Made by a program: the position numbers and the translations under genes
Virus record (IMG/VR): IMGVR_UViG_3300029787_005093
DNA: 64,000 bases
Direction: 5' to 3' (one strand)
Source: an uncultured virus (IMG/VR IMGVR_UViG_3300029787_005093)
Lineage: Duplodnaviria > Heunggongvirae > Uroviricota > Caudoviricetes
Part shown: piece by piece, positions 26,892 through 36,232 of the stretch
How positions within the stretch are numbered: position 1 is the first letter of the stretch
How the letters are laid out: every line of letters begins with the position of its first letter
Notes under the pieces: model-generated
What the model saw: the letters and a program-made list of their open reading frames with translations, nothing else
The model's database searches: none
Told to the model about the DNA's origin: nothing

Positions 26892-29213
26892 TTAATGTCC
26901 GTCTCTCCAGTTATCAGATATTTCAGGAGGAGCTTTTAAAGTAACTCCTTCTAGCTTCGTAGTATTCTCCATTATCTCTTGAACTATAGGAGCAAACTCA
27001 TCAGCTTGATCTTCCTTAACATTTATTAATAACTGATCATGTACTTGTGCTTGAACTATAGCGTCTATGCCAAGTTCTTTTGCTTTTCTATTAATCTGTA
27101 CTGCTGCTCTATTAACTACCGCAGCTGCTAAAGACTGAAGTTGAAAATTAAGACAGTTATTAAGACCATTACGAAAATCTCTATATACTTGAAGTACTTG
27201 AGCTCTTCCATATTGAGGTTCTAACTGCTTTCTAAATCTCCAATCTAAAAACCTATCTTGATATTTAGCATAAATTTTATGCACTTTAGGTAAATGTCTT
27301 ATTCTACCTACATGGTTCTTTATCCAACCATGAGCTTTAACTTGCAATCTAGAATTTTCTCTCCACTCTTTAAGTTGAGGAAAACCATCTAAATAACCTT
27401 TAATTAAGTCTTCAGCAGTTCTTTGATCTACTCCTAAAGTCATTTTTAATGCAAAAGCTTCCATTCCGTATGCAACTCCTAATGAATATGCTTTAGCTTT
27501 ATTTCTCTTAACAGGATCTAATTTTTTAAGATAGTTATCAGCTTTTTTATCAGCAGATACTCCTTCTAATCCTTCAGTCTGTATAGCTACATAAGAATAA
27601 AAATCTAAACCGTTATTAAAGATTTCTTGTAGTTTTTTATCTCCAGTTACCGAAGCAAAACAATGAGGTTCTAAAGATTCGTAATCTGAGTCAATAACCT
27701 TTCTACCGTCACCAGCAACTAAAAACCCTCTTACCAAATTATTATATTTAACTATAACAGGAGCATCTTCTCCTTCTTCTTTAGGTTTAGGCAGCTGTTG
27801 AGCATCAGATCCATATCTACCAGAAACAGTACCATTCTGCTTAAAGTAAAAATAGTACCTTCCATCTTCATTTCTATCTATAAACCTATCAACATAAGTA
27901 GATTTTATTTTAAGTAGTTTATTATATATTCTTAAATTTTCAGCCCAAGCATAAGTTTTAGATAATTCATCTAACATTTTCATATCAAATTGATCTTGAC
28001 CTTTTCTAGTTTGAGACTTGGCTTTTATACCCATATACTTAAAGCAGATTTCTCCTAAATGCTTTTTAGACTGAATATTAATATGATCACCATCATTAGA
28101 CTCTTTCCACATAGACATAGAGATACGAGCTACTTCAACAGGATCTAATAATTCAATATCACCAGTTTTAAGAAACTCTTTTTGAATACTATCATCTAAA
28201 GCATCTATATTTTTAGCTGTTATAGAGTATTTACCAGTTTTTTCACTTTTAGGTAAGTTTAACGAATATCTAATTACTAACTGCTGAGCCCAGTTACCTT
28301 TATGAGAAGGAGGATAAGTACTCATAGCAGTATCCATAACCCATTTCTTAGCTTCAGAAGTATCTAATAAACTTTTCATTACTATTCCTTTATTCTTTTC
28401 TAAGTCTTCAGTAATATTTTTATGAGTTTCATATAATAAGTCCATATCTAAATCAACTCCACATGCTTCCATAGGTATAGTTACTTCTCTATATACAGGC
28501 ATTACTTCCTCTTCAAAGAAAAACTTTTCTAATCCTTCTTCTTTTAATTTTTCAAGATATAAATTACATATACGTAAAGTAAGATCGGTATCGGCAGAAG
28601 CATATTTAGATAGTATATCTAAGTCAGCTTTATAAATCTCAAACTTTAATTTAGTAGTTTCACCGCCATTCTTCTTAATACTTTCTTTTAGTTCTATCTG
28701 CTCTTCGTTTGCTGCTTTTTCCACATCTAAACCTAAAGCTTTTTGATTCATAATAGCAATAGATTTCAAACCAAAAGGATTACCATATCCAAAAGCGCCT
28801 TCTTCATAAACAGTATGAACTAATAAACCAGTATCAACCCATATATCATCTATAAGATCTATACCAAAATAATTTTTTATAAACTGAACGTCAAAAGAAG
28901 CATTATGAAATACTAATTTTTTACCTTTTAACGCTTTAAATAAATTTTTAGAAATAGTTTCAGTAGAAGTATTATCTATAGTTTGAAGTTCTAACTCATC
29001 TTTTTCAAAATTCCATAATAAAGTAGGAATATAAAAACCTATACCTTCATCACCGGAAACAGACCATCCAACTATCTTATCTTTTCTAGGATTAAGACCA
29101 GACGTCTCTGTATCCACAGCAAGAACATCACAATCATTTATATGCTGATACATTAGTTTAAGCGTATCAGAATCTTGAACAGTATAATACTTTTTTTCTA
29201 TTTGCATAACCAT
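26892..29213 (-). CDS. polA: Family-A DNA polymerase with 3'-5' exonuclease
   Basis: DTETSGL, HNASFD, YASAD (exonuclease); DYESLE, KAYSLGVAYG, QVHDQ (polymerase motifs A, B, C). Confidence 0.95.
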   Translation of the reverse strand: MVMQIEKKYYTVQDSDTLKLMYQHINDCDVLAVDTETSGLNPRKDKIVGWSVSGDEGIGFYIPTLLWNFEKDELELQTIDNTSTETISKNLFKALKGKKLVFHNASFDVQFIKNYFGIDLIDDIWVDTGLLVHTVYEEGAFGYGNPFGLKSIAIMNQKALGLDVEKAANEEQIELKESIKKNGGETTKLKFEIYKADLDILSKYASADTDLTLRICNLYLEKLKEEGLEKFFFEEEVMPVYREVTIPMEACGVDLDMDLLYETHKNITEDLEKNKGIVMKSLLDTSEAKKWVMDTAMSTYPPSHKGNWAQQLVIRYSLNLPKSEKTGKYSITAKNIDALDDSIQKEFLKTGDIELLDPVEVARISMSMWKESNDGDHINIQSKKHLGEICFKYMGIKAKSQTRKGQDQFDMKMLDELSKTYAWAENLRIYNKLLKIKSTYVDRFIDRNEDGRYYFYFKQNGTVSGRYGSDAQQLPKPKEEGEDAPVIVKYNNLVRGFLVAGDGRKVIDSDYESLEPHCFASVTGDKKLQEIFNNGLDFYSYVAIQTEGLEGVSADKKADNYLKKLDPVKRNKAKAYSLGVAYGMEAFALKMTLGVDQRTAEDLIKGYLDGFPQLKEWRENSRLQVKAHGWIKNHVGRIRHLPKVHKIYAKYQDRFLDWRFRKQLEPQYGRAQVLQVYRDFRNGLNNCLNFQLQSLAAAVVNRAAVQINRKAKELGIDAIVQAQVHDQLLINVKEDQADEFAPIVQEIMENTTKLEGVTLKAPPEISDNWRDGH

Positions 29214-29224
29214 TTTATATTATA

Positions 29225-29257
29225 TTAATATACGAAAAATAACTATAAGAAACAACT
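29225..29257 (-). promoter_or_regulatory. Repeated promoter upstream of polA
   Basis: AGTTG-N20-TATATTAA. Confidence 0.7.
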
Positions 29258-29270
29258 AATTCGGGTAGTT

Positions 29271-29528
29271 TTATGATTCTCCATATAAATCCCATACTTC
29301 AGGTTCTGGTTCTGGCAGATTTACTTCTTCTTCTATAATTGCAAATAATTTACCATTTAAAGGTTCTAATCTATAGTGACCTTTAAATTTAGTTTTACGC
29401 ATATATTGAGTTAAAGTTTGAACTAAACCTTCAACAATATTTTCTTTATCTATTACTAACTCCCAGTTATCTCCTGGAGGAACTCTTTCAGCTATTAGTT
29501 TTAAATTTTCTATTTTTTCTTTTCCCAT
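29271..29528 (-). CDS. Hypothetical protein
   Basis: ORF in operon; IAERVPPGDNW. Confidence 0.55.
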   Translation of the reverse strand: MGKEKIENLKLIAERVPPGDNWELVIDKENIVEGLVQTLTQYMRKTKFKGHYRLEPLNGKLFAIIEEEVNLPEPEPEVWDLYGES

Positions 29529-29942
29529 TTAATAGTCTTTATCTGTATAACTACTTCTTTTTATAAATAACCAAGCTTGACCTGGTCCTTCATTTTCAGG
29601 TTTCATTACTATTAAGTGTATTCCTTTTAAAAAGAATAATAATCTATATTCTTCATTATATTTTTGAACATATAGATATTCATCTTCTACTGTAAAACTT
29701 CCTTCTACTGTAATGTTTCCTGATTTTCTTTTAAAAGTATCTCCTTCATTAGAATAATACATATAAAGAATCTGTTCATTATCAAAACTTACAAAAGTTC
29801 CATAAATATCTTCAGTTGGAGTAGCAAATCCAATCTTCCTTTCTTGACTATAACATGTAGTTGAGTACATAAAAGCTAGAAGAGCTATAATAACTAATAA
29901 TACTTTACCAAAAGCATTCATATCTTTATCATTTATAATCAT
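29529..29942 (-). CDS. Hypothetical exported protein
   Basis: N-terminal hydrophobic signal. Confidence 0.55.
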   Translation of the reverse strand: MIINDKDMNAFGKVLLVIIALLAFMYSTTCYSQERKIGFATPTEDIYGTFVSFDNEQILYMYYSNEGDTFKRKSGNITVEGSFTVEDEYLYVQKYNEEYRLLFFLKGIHLIVMKPENEGPGQAWLFIKRSSYTDKDY

Positions 29943-30154
29943 AATCCACCTAATTTAGTTATTTCATCAGTTAACGTATTTAAAGCTTCTGTAATTTCTT
30001 TTTCAGCTTCATTTACTGTATTATTTACTTTATTTAAAGTAGGTTCAGTTTCTGCTATAGTTTCTTCTATATATTCTTTTACTATACTGTAAGGAATCAT
30101 ATCAGTTTTTAATGATTCTACATAAACAACATGTTCTTCTAATTTTAATGCCAT
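29939..30154 (-). CDS. Hypothetical protein
   Basis: ORF in operon. Confidence 0.5.
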   Translation of the reverse strand: MALKLEEHVVYVESLKTDMIPYSIVKEYIEETIAETEPTLNKVNNTVNEAEKEITEALNTLTDEITKLGGL

Positions 30155-30156
30155 AA

Positions 30157-30681
30157 TTATATTCCTATATGTTCTTGTGGTCTAGTTCTACTTATATCTC
30201 TGTCAGTAAAAAATTTTCTAAGATCAGGTCTAAAATAGTTTATAGATTTCATAACTTTGTTATCCCTTGATCTATAGACAATGTACCGTCCCTCCTCAAT
30301 TTTTTCAAAATGACAGGCCTCACCTTGTTCCTCAGCTCTTTGGCTGACGGTCTGTATGGCTTCTTCTTCAGTTTTGCAAGCTTTACTAAGATTACTTGCT
30401 TGTACCTCCATATATGCTGGCCATATCTTATCCTTAAGGCCATGTAACATAGTACCGTTCCCAACGGAAACATAAGCAATGTCGCACAAAGCGTCCAAAA
30501 CTTCCACAATGTCGCCCCTCTCGCAAGCTTCTCTATATTCTTCGAGTTCTTCGAGAATAAAATCATAGACGAATTTCCATTCTTTTTCTTCAGGGATAGT
30601 AGGTTCATAATTATTTGGTTTATTAAATGTATCGTTAAACTCTTCAACCTCTGATACAAAAGGTACATACTCTTTTTTCAT
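30157..30681 (-). CDS. MazG/PRA-PH-like nucleoside-triphosphate pyrophosphohydrolase
   Basis: ILEELEEY...EVLDALCDIAYV, EVQASNLSK, KVMKS. Confidence 0.8.
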   Translation of the reverse strand: MKKEYVPFVSEVEEFNDTFNKPNNYEPTIPEEKEWKFVYDFILEELEEYREACERGDIVEVLDALCDIAYVSVGNGTMLHGLKDKIWPAYMEVQASNLSKACKTEEEAIQTVSQRAEEQGEACHFEKIEEGRYIVYRSRDNKVMKSINYFRPDLRKFFTDRDISRTRPQEHIGI

Positions 30682-30682
30682 A

Positions 30683-31576
30683 TTATTGTCTTAAAGTTTT
30701 CTTAATAATAAATTCTGGGTTATCAAAAAATTCTGGTATTAAAGAGGTATGAGAAGCTCTAATTGGATTAATATCTATCCCTCCTCTTCTAGTATATAAA
30801 CAGGCTACCATTAATTGATCAGGTTCATAAGCATCGACTAAATGTTTATATACCATTTCACATATTTCTTCATGAAAGTGACTTACTGTTCTATGACTAA
30901 CTATATATTTAGCTAAAGATTCAGCAGTAGGTAATTTTTTACCTTTTAATCTAATAAATACATCACCCCAATCAGGTTGATTAGTTACTCTACAATTAGA
31001 TCTAAGTAAATTAGAAGTAAATTTAACTTCTCCATCTTCTTCATTAACTTCCAATTGAGAAGAATCAGATTTAAAAGCAGTAAAGTCTATTGCATCTAGA
31101 TTAGCTTCTTCTGCTATATCTACATACCCCTGAAAGCTCATAGGTTCTGTTTCTATATCACTAGCATAAAAAGTTATAGTAGTATTAGTTTCTAATAACT
31201 CATCTAAATCTCTTTTAACTCTAGATTCTATACCTTTAATACAATCAGCTGCAGTGTCTCCAATCTTAGTCATATTAAATGAATTAAGATATAGTTTTAT
31301 TGACTTAGATTCTACGTGAAACTCACTCGAAGCAGGACATACTATTTTTAACATCCCAGCTACAGGCTGACCCTTAGTAGTAATAGCAGATACTTCATAT
31401 GCATTCCATGTATCTACTCCTACAAATTCTTTTCCAGTAAGATTATAAGTTTCTCTATTTAATACTCTAGGTACTTTAACTAATAGGTCTCTATTATATT
31501 GATCGCTATACCCGTCACCTCCTACTTTACCTAAATGCTTACCAGCAATTTCTTTTACTTTATTTTGATTATCCAT
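30683..31576 (-). CDS. queF: NADPH-dependent preQ0 reductase (two-domain type)
   Basis: DTWNAYE, VESKSIKLYLNSF, LRSNCRVTNQPDWG, FHEEICE, YTRRGGIDINP; probable start MDNQ at 31576. Confidence 0.93.
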   Translation of the reverse strand: MDNQNKVKEIAGKHLGKVGGDGYSDQYNRDLLVKVPRVLNRETYNLTGKEFVGVDTWNAYEVSAITTKGQPVAGMLKIVCPASSEFHVESKSIKLYLNSFNMTKIGDTAADCIKGIESRVKRDLDELLETNTTITFYASDIETEPMSFQGYVDIAEEANLDAIDFTAFKSDSSQLEVNEEDGEVKFTSNLLRSNCRVTNQPDWGDVFIRLKGKKLPTAESLAKYIVSHRTVSHFHEEICEMVYKHLVDAYEPDQLMVACLYTRRGGIDINPIRASHTSLIPEFFDNPEFIIKKTLRQ

Positions 31577-31934
31577 TAAATATTTGTTTTTTACCACCCT
31601 CATAAACATAAGCGTGACCATTTTCGATTAATAACTGATTTAACGATTTATCTTCACCATCAATAAATATTTCAGCTAATACTCTACCGTATTTACCTTT
31701 TCCATATGATTGAATAGTAAAATTACCATCGTTTAATTCTAGATAAGTTGCAGTAAAAGCAGTAGCTGCTAAACCTTTAATTTTTTCTGCCTTATCTCTA
31801 GTTCTTTTCTCCCAGGTATCAACACCTTTGAACCTTAACCTAGCTTTAACCCAGGTATCGAATCCTAGATCGATCATAACATCTGCTGTATCACCGTCTA
31901 CGACTCTTACTAATTTTGCTTTATACTTATACAT
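31569..31934 (-). CDS. Thermonuclease (SNase-like)
   Basis: RVVDGDT, RLRFKGVDTWE, GKYGRVLA, LNQLLIENGHA. Confidence 0.88.
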   Translation of the reverse strand: MYKYKAKLVRVVDGDTADVMIDLGFDTWVKARLRFKGVDTWEKRTRDKAEKIKGLAATAFTATYLELNDGNFTIQSYGKGKYGRVLAEIFIDGEDKSLNQLLIENGHAYVYEGGKKQIFNG

Positions 31935-32448
31935 CTATAAATTTTAATATCTGTTCTACCCTTTGCATAGGTGAACCTGTTATCGTCAAATAAGGTTGAC
32001 GTACACCTGTTAATACTGCTTCGAATTCATTATCAATTTTAGTTCTCCATTCTTCGTCTATACTTCTTACTCCATCATCTACTGATTCGAATTCTATAGG
32101 AAAGTAAATATAATGAGTATATTCATTTTTAATTCTATTCCAAATATCTTCTATATAATTATACGTTCTAGGTTTTATTTTTTTCATAAACTTAGAGTAA
32201 ACTAATACATCCATATAGCATCTATCTAATACTTGGTTATACGGTTGAAGTAAAGCTTCTAAATGAAAACTACTAATAGCTAATTGAGTAGCATCTGTTC
32301 CTTTTTCGTTTATAGGAAAACCATAATTACCTACAGTTCTAGTAGATTCATTTACAAATTCGTACTTAGGTAACTTATTTTTAAGTAACTCATATACAGT
32401 AGTCTTACCAGTACTGCTTGCTCCTACTAATGCTACTCTTTTTATCAT
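31927..32448 (-). CDS. P-loop nucleotide kinase (NadR/AAA_28-like)
   Basis: GASSTGKTT, LDRCYMD, DDGVR. Confidence 0.75.
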   Translation of the reverse strand: MIKRVALVGASSTGKTTVYELLKNKLPKYEFVNESTRTVGNYGFPINEKGTDATQLAISSFHLEALLQPYNQVLDRCYMDVLVYSKFMKKIKPRTYNYIEDIWNRIKNEYTHYIYFPIEFESVDDGVRSIDEEWRTKIDNEFEAVLTGVRQPYLTITGSPMQRVEQILKFIDV

Positions 32449-32981
32449 AAAACCTTTTTTAATAAACTAATCCACATAGACAATGCTCTATCTCTTAATA
32501 TACGAAATAAACCGTTAAGATCCAAACCATAAGTATTAAATTCTTCTGATAATATTATCTCTCCTTCGTCTACTCCTCCGCTAACTTTATGAAGAACTGC
32601 TCCTGCAGTTTTATATTTACCTTCAAAAGCTCTTATTTGAGGATCTTTACCTTTAAGCTCTGGGTATTTAGTAATTAATCCAGGATGTCCATTATAAATG
32701 TTAGATCTTTCACAAACATATTCCGGAACTATTCTTAACCATCCATGTAAAGTAACTATTGCCTTAGAATTAGCTTCTAATAATTCTATATAATCCTCTT
32801 CAGACGGTTTATTAGCCCAGGTAAAGTAACCTTGCTTTTCTATTCTAGGATCTATCGTTCTTAAATCTTCTGGTCTTTCATTAGTAATAATGATATCAGG
32901 CCATCTTCCTAAAGCTTCTGAAAGATCTGCTATTTCAGAACCTGTCTGACTAAAAAATGTTATCCAACGCGTGTTTGCCAT
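32445..32981 (-). CDS. PurN-like formyltransferase; candidate preQ1 formyltransferase (DpdN-like)
   Basis: HGWLRI, NGHPGL, HKV...VDEG formyl-THF motifs; inside the deazaguanine cluster. Confidence 0.8.
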   Translation of the reverse strand: MANTRWITFFSQTGSEIADLSEALGRWPDIIITNERPEDLRTIDPRIEKQGYFTWANKPSEEDYIELLEANSKAIVTLHGWLRIVPEYVCERSNIYNGHPGLITKYPELKGKDPQIRAFEGKYKTAGAVLHKVSGGVDEGEIILSEEFNTYGLDLNGLFRILRDRALSMWISLLKKVL

Positions 32982-33771
32982 TAGTAATCCATCTAAATTT
33001 TTGTATATTATTTTTTATTATATCTAATTGATCTATATTAATATCTGAGTTTATTAATTCAAATAATTTTTGAGATTCTTTAGACCAAAGTCCTTCTGAT
33101 CTATAACTAATTTTTTTTATTCCATGCACAACAGGATTAGAGGTATCTAAAGAATATAACCAATTATAATCTGAATGTTTATAAAAAGCAAATTCTTGAG
33201 GTAAACTACAGCCTAACAAATGATGCGGCTTTTTTTTATTTATAATACCGTCTTTAAGTAAATCTCCTAGTAACTTAACACGTCCTAGCATCCAACTAAC
33301 ATATTTATTAGCATGAGGAACTGATTTAGTATAATACGAATAATCGAATGATATAGCAATCATATCTACTTTTGCTACTTTATCCATATATGAATAGCAA
33401 TCTACTATTTCATTATAAGTTTTACCTTGAACAACTCCTATTTTTTTACCTGGTACATTGAAATATTTTCTATTCCAATCCGACATTTTATTTATAGTGC
33501 CTTCTGCATCCTCTAAAACGTCGGGAACTATATACCAGGAGGGTCTAAGATCATCAACCCAATATTTAAACTTTTCTGCATCGAAAGCTTCTTCTAATTC
33601 AAATATAGAATTATCTAATATAATTTCTCTACCTTTAGAAGCTGCAGTTTTAAATTGCTTTAAGTATTCCTCATCTTCTTCAAATAAATGAACTAAAGCA
33701 TAATCATAATCAGTAAATCTTTGAACTTCTTCAAATATACTCTTAGGACTTTCATGTGCTATTTTAATCAT
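32950..33771 (-). CDS. dpdA: Divergent TGT-fold protein; candidate DpdA (7-deazaguanine insertion)
   Basis: ILDNS, PDV, GVVQG, HLLG and SLDTS occur in TGT motif order; lies between folE and the formyltransferase. Confidence 0.65.
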   Translation of the reverse strand: MIKIAHESPKSIFEEVQRFTDYDYALVHLFEEDEEYLKQFKTAASKGREIILDNSIFELEEAFDAEKFKYWVDDLRPSWYIVPDVLEDAEGTINKMSDWNRKYFNVPGKKIGVVQGKTYNEIVDCYSYMDKVAKVDMIAISFDYSYYTKSVPHANKYVSWMLGRVKLLGDLLKDGIINKKKPHHLLGCSLPQEFAFYKHSDYNWLYSLDTSNPVVHGIKKISYRSEGLWSKESQKLFELINSDINIDQLDIIKNNIQKFRWITNGKHALDNIF

Positions 33772-33774
33772 ACC

Positions 33775-34488
33775 TTAATGTTTACAAACTCCTGCGAGTT
33801 CAATATTTTTATAAAATTCAGCTTTTGCTGATGCTTCGTTTAAGAATGCTCCAGTAAGTTTAGCTGTTTGCATAGAAGCACCTCCATGCTTTACTCCTCT
33901 ACATGATACACATGCATGAGTTGCATTAACTTGTACTGCTACTCCTAAATTACCTTCACATATTTTATCTACTGCATTATGAATAGCTACGGTTAACTGC
34001 TCTTGTATAGCTCCTCTTCTACCAAACTGCTCTACTATTCTATTTAGTTTAGATAATCCTACTACCTTCCCATCTTCTGAAGCAATATAAGCAATACTTA
34101 CTGTACCTCTAATGGCTTGATGGTGATGCGAACACATAGAAGTTACTGGTATGTTACTCTCTTGTACTATGCCGTCATAACCATCTGAAGGAAATGCTGT
34201 AATACGGTCTAATGGGTTATACCTTCCTGCCCATAAATCATTAACATAAGCTTTAGCTACTCTAAAAGGAGTATCAGAAGAGTTAGGATCGTCTTTATAA
34301 TCACATCCTAAAGCAGTTAAGAAATCTGCATATGCTTTAGCAGCATTTTCTATAATAACTTCTTTCTCTTCTTTAGTTAACTTTGCTTCAGGTCCTTCTA
34401 CTTCTTGTTTTTTTGCTAATTGACTTGAAATACCGTTTGCAAAACCGGCTCGTACTAATTCAGTACCTTCTATAAACTTCTTTGCCAT
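33775..34488 (-). CDS. folE: GTP cyclohydrolase I
   Basis: TPFRVAK, SMCSHH, GLSKLNR, QEQLT, HACVSCRGV. Confidence 0.95.
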   Translation of the reverse strand: MAKKFIEGTELVRAGFANGISSQLAKKQEVEGPEAKLTKEEKEVIIENAAKAYADFLTALGCDYKDDPNSSDTPFRVAKAYVNDLWAGRYNPLDRITAFPSDGYDGIVQESNIPVTSMCSHHHQAIRGTVSIAYIASEDGKVVGLSKLNRIVEQFGRRGAIQEQLTVAIHNAVDKICEGNLGVAVQVNATHACVSCRGVKHGGASMQTAKLTGAFLNEASAKAEFYKNIELAGVCKH

Positions 34489-34493
34489 ATAAT

Positions 34494-34525
34494 ATAATAT
34501 AAGAATTTTAAATTAATTTTCCAAA
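34494..34525 (-). promoter_or_regulatory. Repeated promoter upstream of folE
   Basis: TTTG-N20-TATATTAT. Confidence 0.6.
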
Positions 34526-34935
34526 TAATTTTGTATCGTTTTTGAATCTTTTTTCTCCCAAGGGTAAACTATCCATCCATAATTTTTAGATATTTCTTTT
34601 GCAAAAACATCTGGTTTAAAAGATGAAATTTCTTTATAATGTAATGCTCCAGTTATACCATTATATACTTCTTTTCTTAAATTTTCAAAAGTCTTACCTG
34701 AATCTGCTATATCATCTATAATTAATAGATCTGGGTAATGATTACTTGTATGTTCTAGATAAGTTACATTAAATCTATGTGAATAAAGTATTGCTAAAAT
34801 AGTACCTCCTCTTGGTATACCAGTTACAAAACCTACTTTATCTTTTACTTGTTCATGAATATTATCTAAAAGTTCATAAACATCATCCCATGTTAAATAT
34901 ATTTTTTTTATTCCCATGAATGGTTCATTGTCCAA
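34513..34935 (-). CDS. Type I phosphoribosyltransferase (Gpt/xanthine PRT-like)
   Basis: LTWDD, GIPRGG, IIDDIADSGKT, WIVYPWE. Confidence 0.85.
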   Translation of the reverse strand: MDNEPFMGIKKIYLTWDDVYELLDNIHEQVKDKVGFVTGIPRGGTILAILYSHRFNVTYLEHTSNHYPDLLIIDDIADSGKTFENLRKEVYNGITGALHYKEISSFKPDVFAKEISKNYGWIVYPWEKKDSKTIQNYLEN

Positions 34936-34998
34936 AAGGTATCATCTATTTCTATTGTACCTATAATAACTGTATTGTCCATCGTTTAAATTTATTAA

Positions 34999-35778
34999 TT
35001 AGACTTCTCTTTGATCTTCGAAAGCTATAATATGAGGCCTCCAAGTCATTCTATAACCATTATCTCTAACCCAATCAAATAATACTGGGTAAGATTTATA
35101 TAATGCTTCTCTACTATCACCTGCTGGCATAAACCAGACTTTTTCCTTAGGTGCTTTCAATATACCTAAACATTGCATAATTTCATCTAAAGCTGTTTCA
35201 TCTTTACCATCCCATACAGGTTTAATATGATAATCTGAGTGATAATCTATGCTTTGTTTTATAGCAGAATAATTTAATCTAAATTTATTATGCTTTCTAA
35301 TCATATTTTCATCTGTTATACCACCTTGAGGTGTTTCAACACCAAGTACGGGGACGCTATTACTAAACTTGGGACTAATAGAAAGCAAGTTAATAGGGTA
35401 ATCAGTAGGAAGAAAATGGCTACCTTCAGTCTCAATAGTAATAAAAATATTTCTTTCATTTGCAAAATGTGTTAGTTCGTTTACTAGTTTTTTATGCATG
35501 GTTGGAGATCCTCCAGTAAGCATCATTTCTGATATCTGAGGATTATCATCATACATTTTTATTATATCGTTAAAGCTATATTTACCTTTTTCAGGATGTA
35601 TACTTGTATACCAAGAATCACACCAACCTCCTTCACCGAAATAACATCTATGCGTACAACCTGTAGTTCTAATTACTACGGTAGGATAACCTGCTCTTGA
35701 TCCTTCTGATTGAACTGCAGTATAAACTTCGACTATAGGTAAATTTTTATCGTAATCTTGAATTCTACCTAGGCTCAT
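34999..35778 (-). CDS. queE: 7-carboxy-7-deazaguanine synthase (radical SAM)
   Basis: VQSEG..AG.P.V.IR..GC, CTHRC...WCDS, LTGG.P, IETEG, ISPK; probable start MSLG at 35778. Confidence 0.9.
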   Translation of the reverse strand: MSLGRIQDYDKNLPIVEVYTAVQSEGSRAGYPTVVIRTTGCTHRCYFGEGGWCDSWYTSIHPEKGKYSFNDIIKMYDDNPQISEMMLTGGSPTMHKKLVNELTHFANERNIFITIETEGSHFLPTDYPINLLSISPKFSNSVPVLGVETPQGGITDENMIRKHNKFRLNYSAIKQSIDYHSDYHIKPVWDGKDETALDEIMQCLGILKAPKEKVWFMPAGDSREALYKSYPVLFDWVRDNGYRMTWRPHIIAFEDQREV

Positions 35779-36232
35779 ATATTGCTGTGTTTTTACTATG
35801 TTCTCTAAATTCAACTTTTGCTATTTTTACCCTCCCTTCGGTTTCTTCTTGTATAAAAGGGTTAAGTTTATCGAATAAAAATTGTGCAAATCTTTCTCCT
35901 CCTGTTGCTGGTATAACTCTAACTTGAGCTACTCCTGCTTCAGACATTTTTAAGAAAGAATCTTTAAAAGGATCATCTTCTGCTACAATAAATGTATGAT
36001 CAAACATATGATCCATCCATGCTTTAGGAGACATACCATCAATAGTTCCTTTAGCTCTCTTCATTCCTCCGAAATCCCAGACCCAATTACGATCGTCTAG
36101 TTTTCCTTCAAACCAAATTTTAAATGAAATACCATACCCATGTAGATATTTGCAGTGGGTAGTTTCTGCACGCCACTGTCGGAAGACAGTAGAAAAGCCA
36201 TCAAAGACTTTAGTAGATTGAAATTTACTCAT
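35765..36232 (-). CDS. queD: 6-carboxy-tetrahydropterin synthase
   Basis: HCKYLHGY, WVWDFG, FDH, E...NTA.Y. Confidence 0.85.
   Translation of the reverse strand: MSKFQSTKVFDGFSTVFRQWRAETTHCKYLHGYGISFKIWFEGKLDDRNWVWDFGGMKRAKGTIDGMSPKAWMDHMFDHTFIVAEDDPFKDSFLKMSEAGVAQVRVIPATGGERFAQFLFDKLNPFIQEETEGRVKIAKVEFREHSKNTAIYEPR

Noticed and set aside
32445..32981. De novo purine synthesis purN
   Set aside because: No other pur genes are present, and the context within the deazaguanine cluster favours preQ1 formylation
32950..33771. Canonical tRNA-guanine transglycosylase for queuosine
   Set aside because: It is short, lacks the C-terminal Zn-binding Cys motif of Tgt, and no queA or queG is in the window
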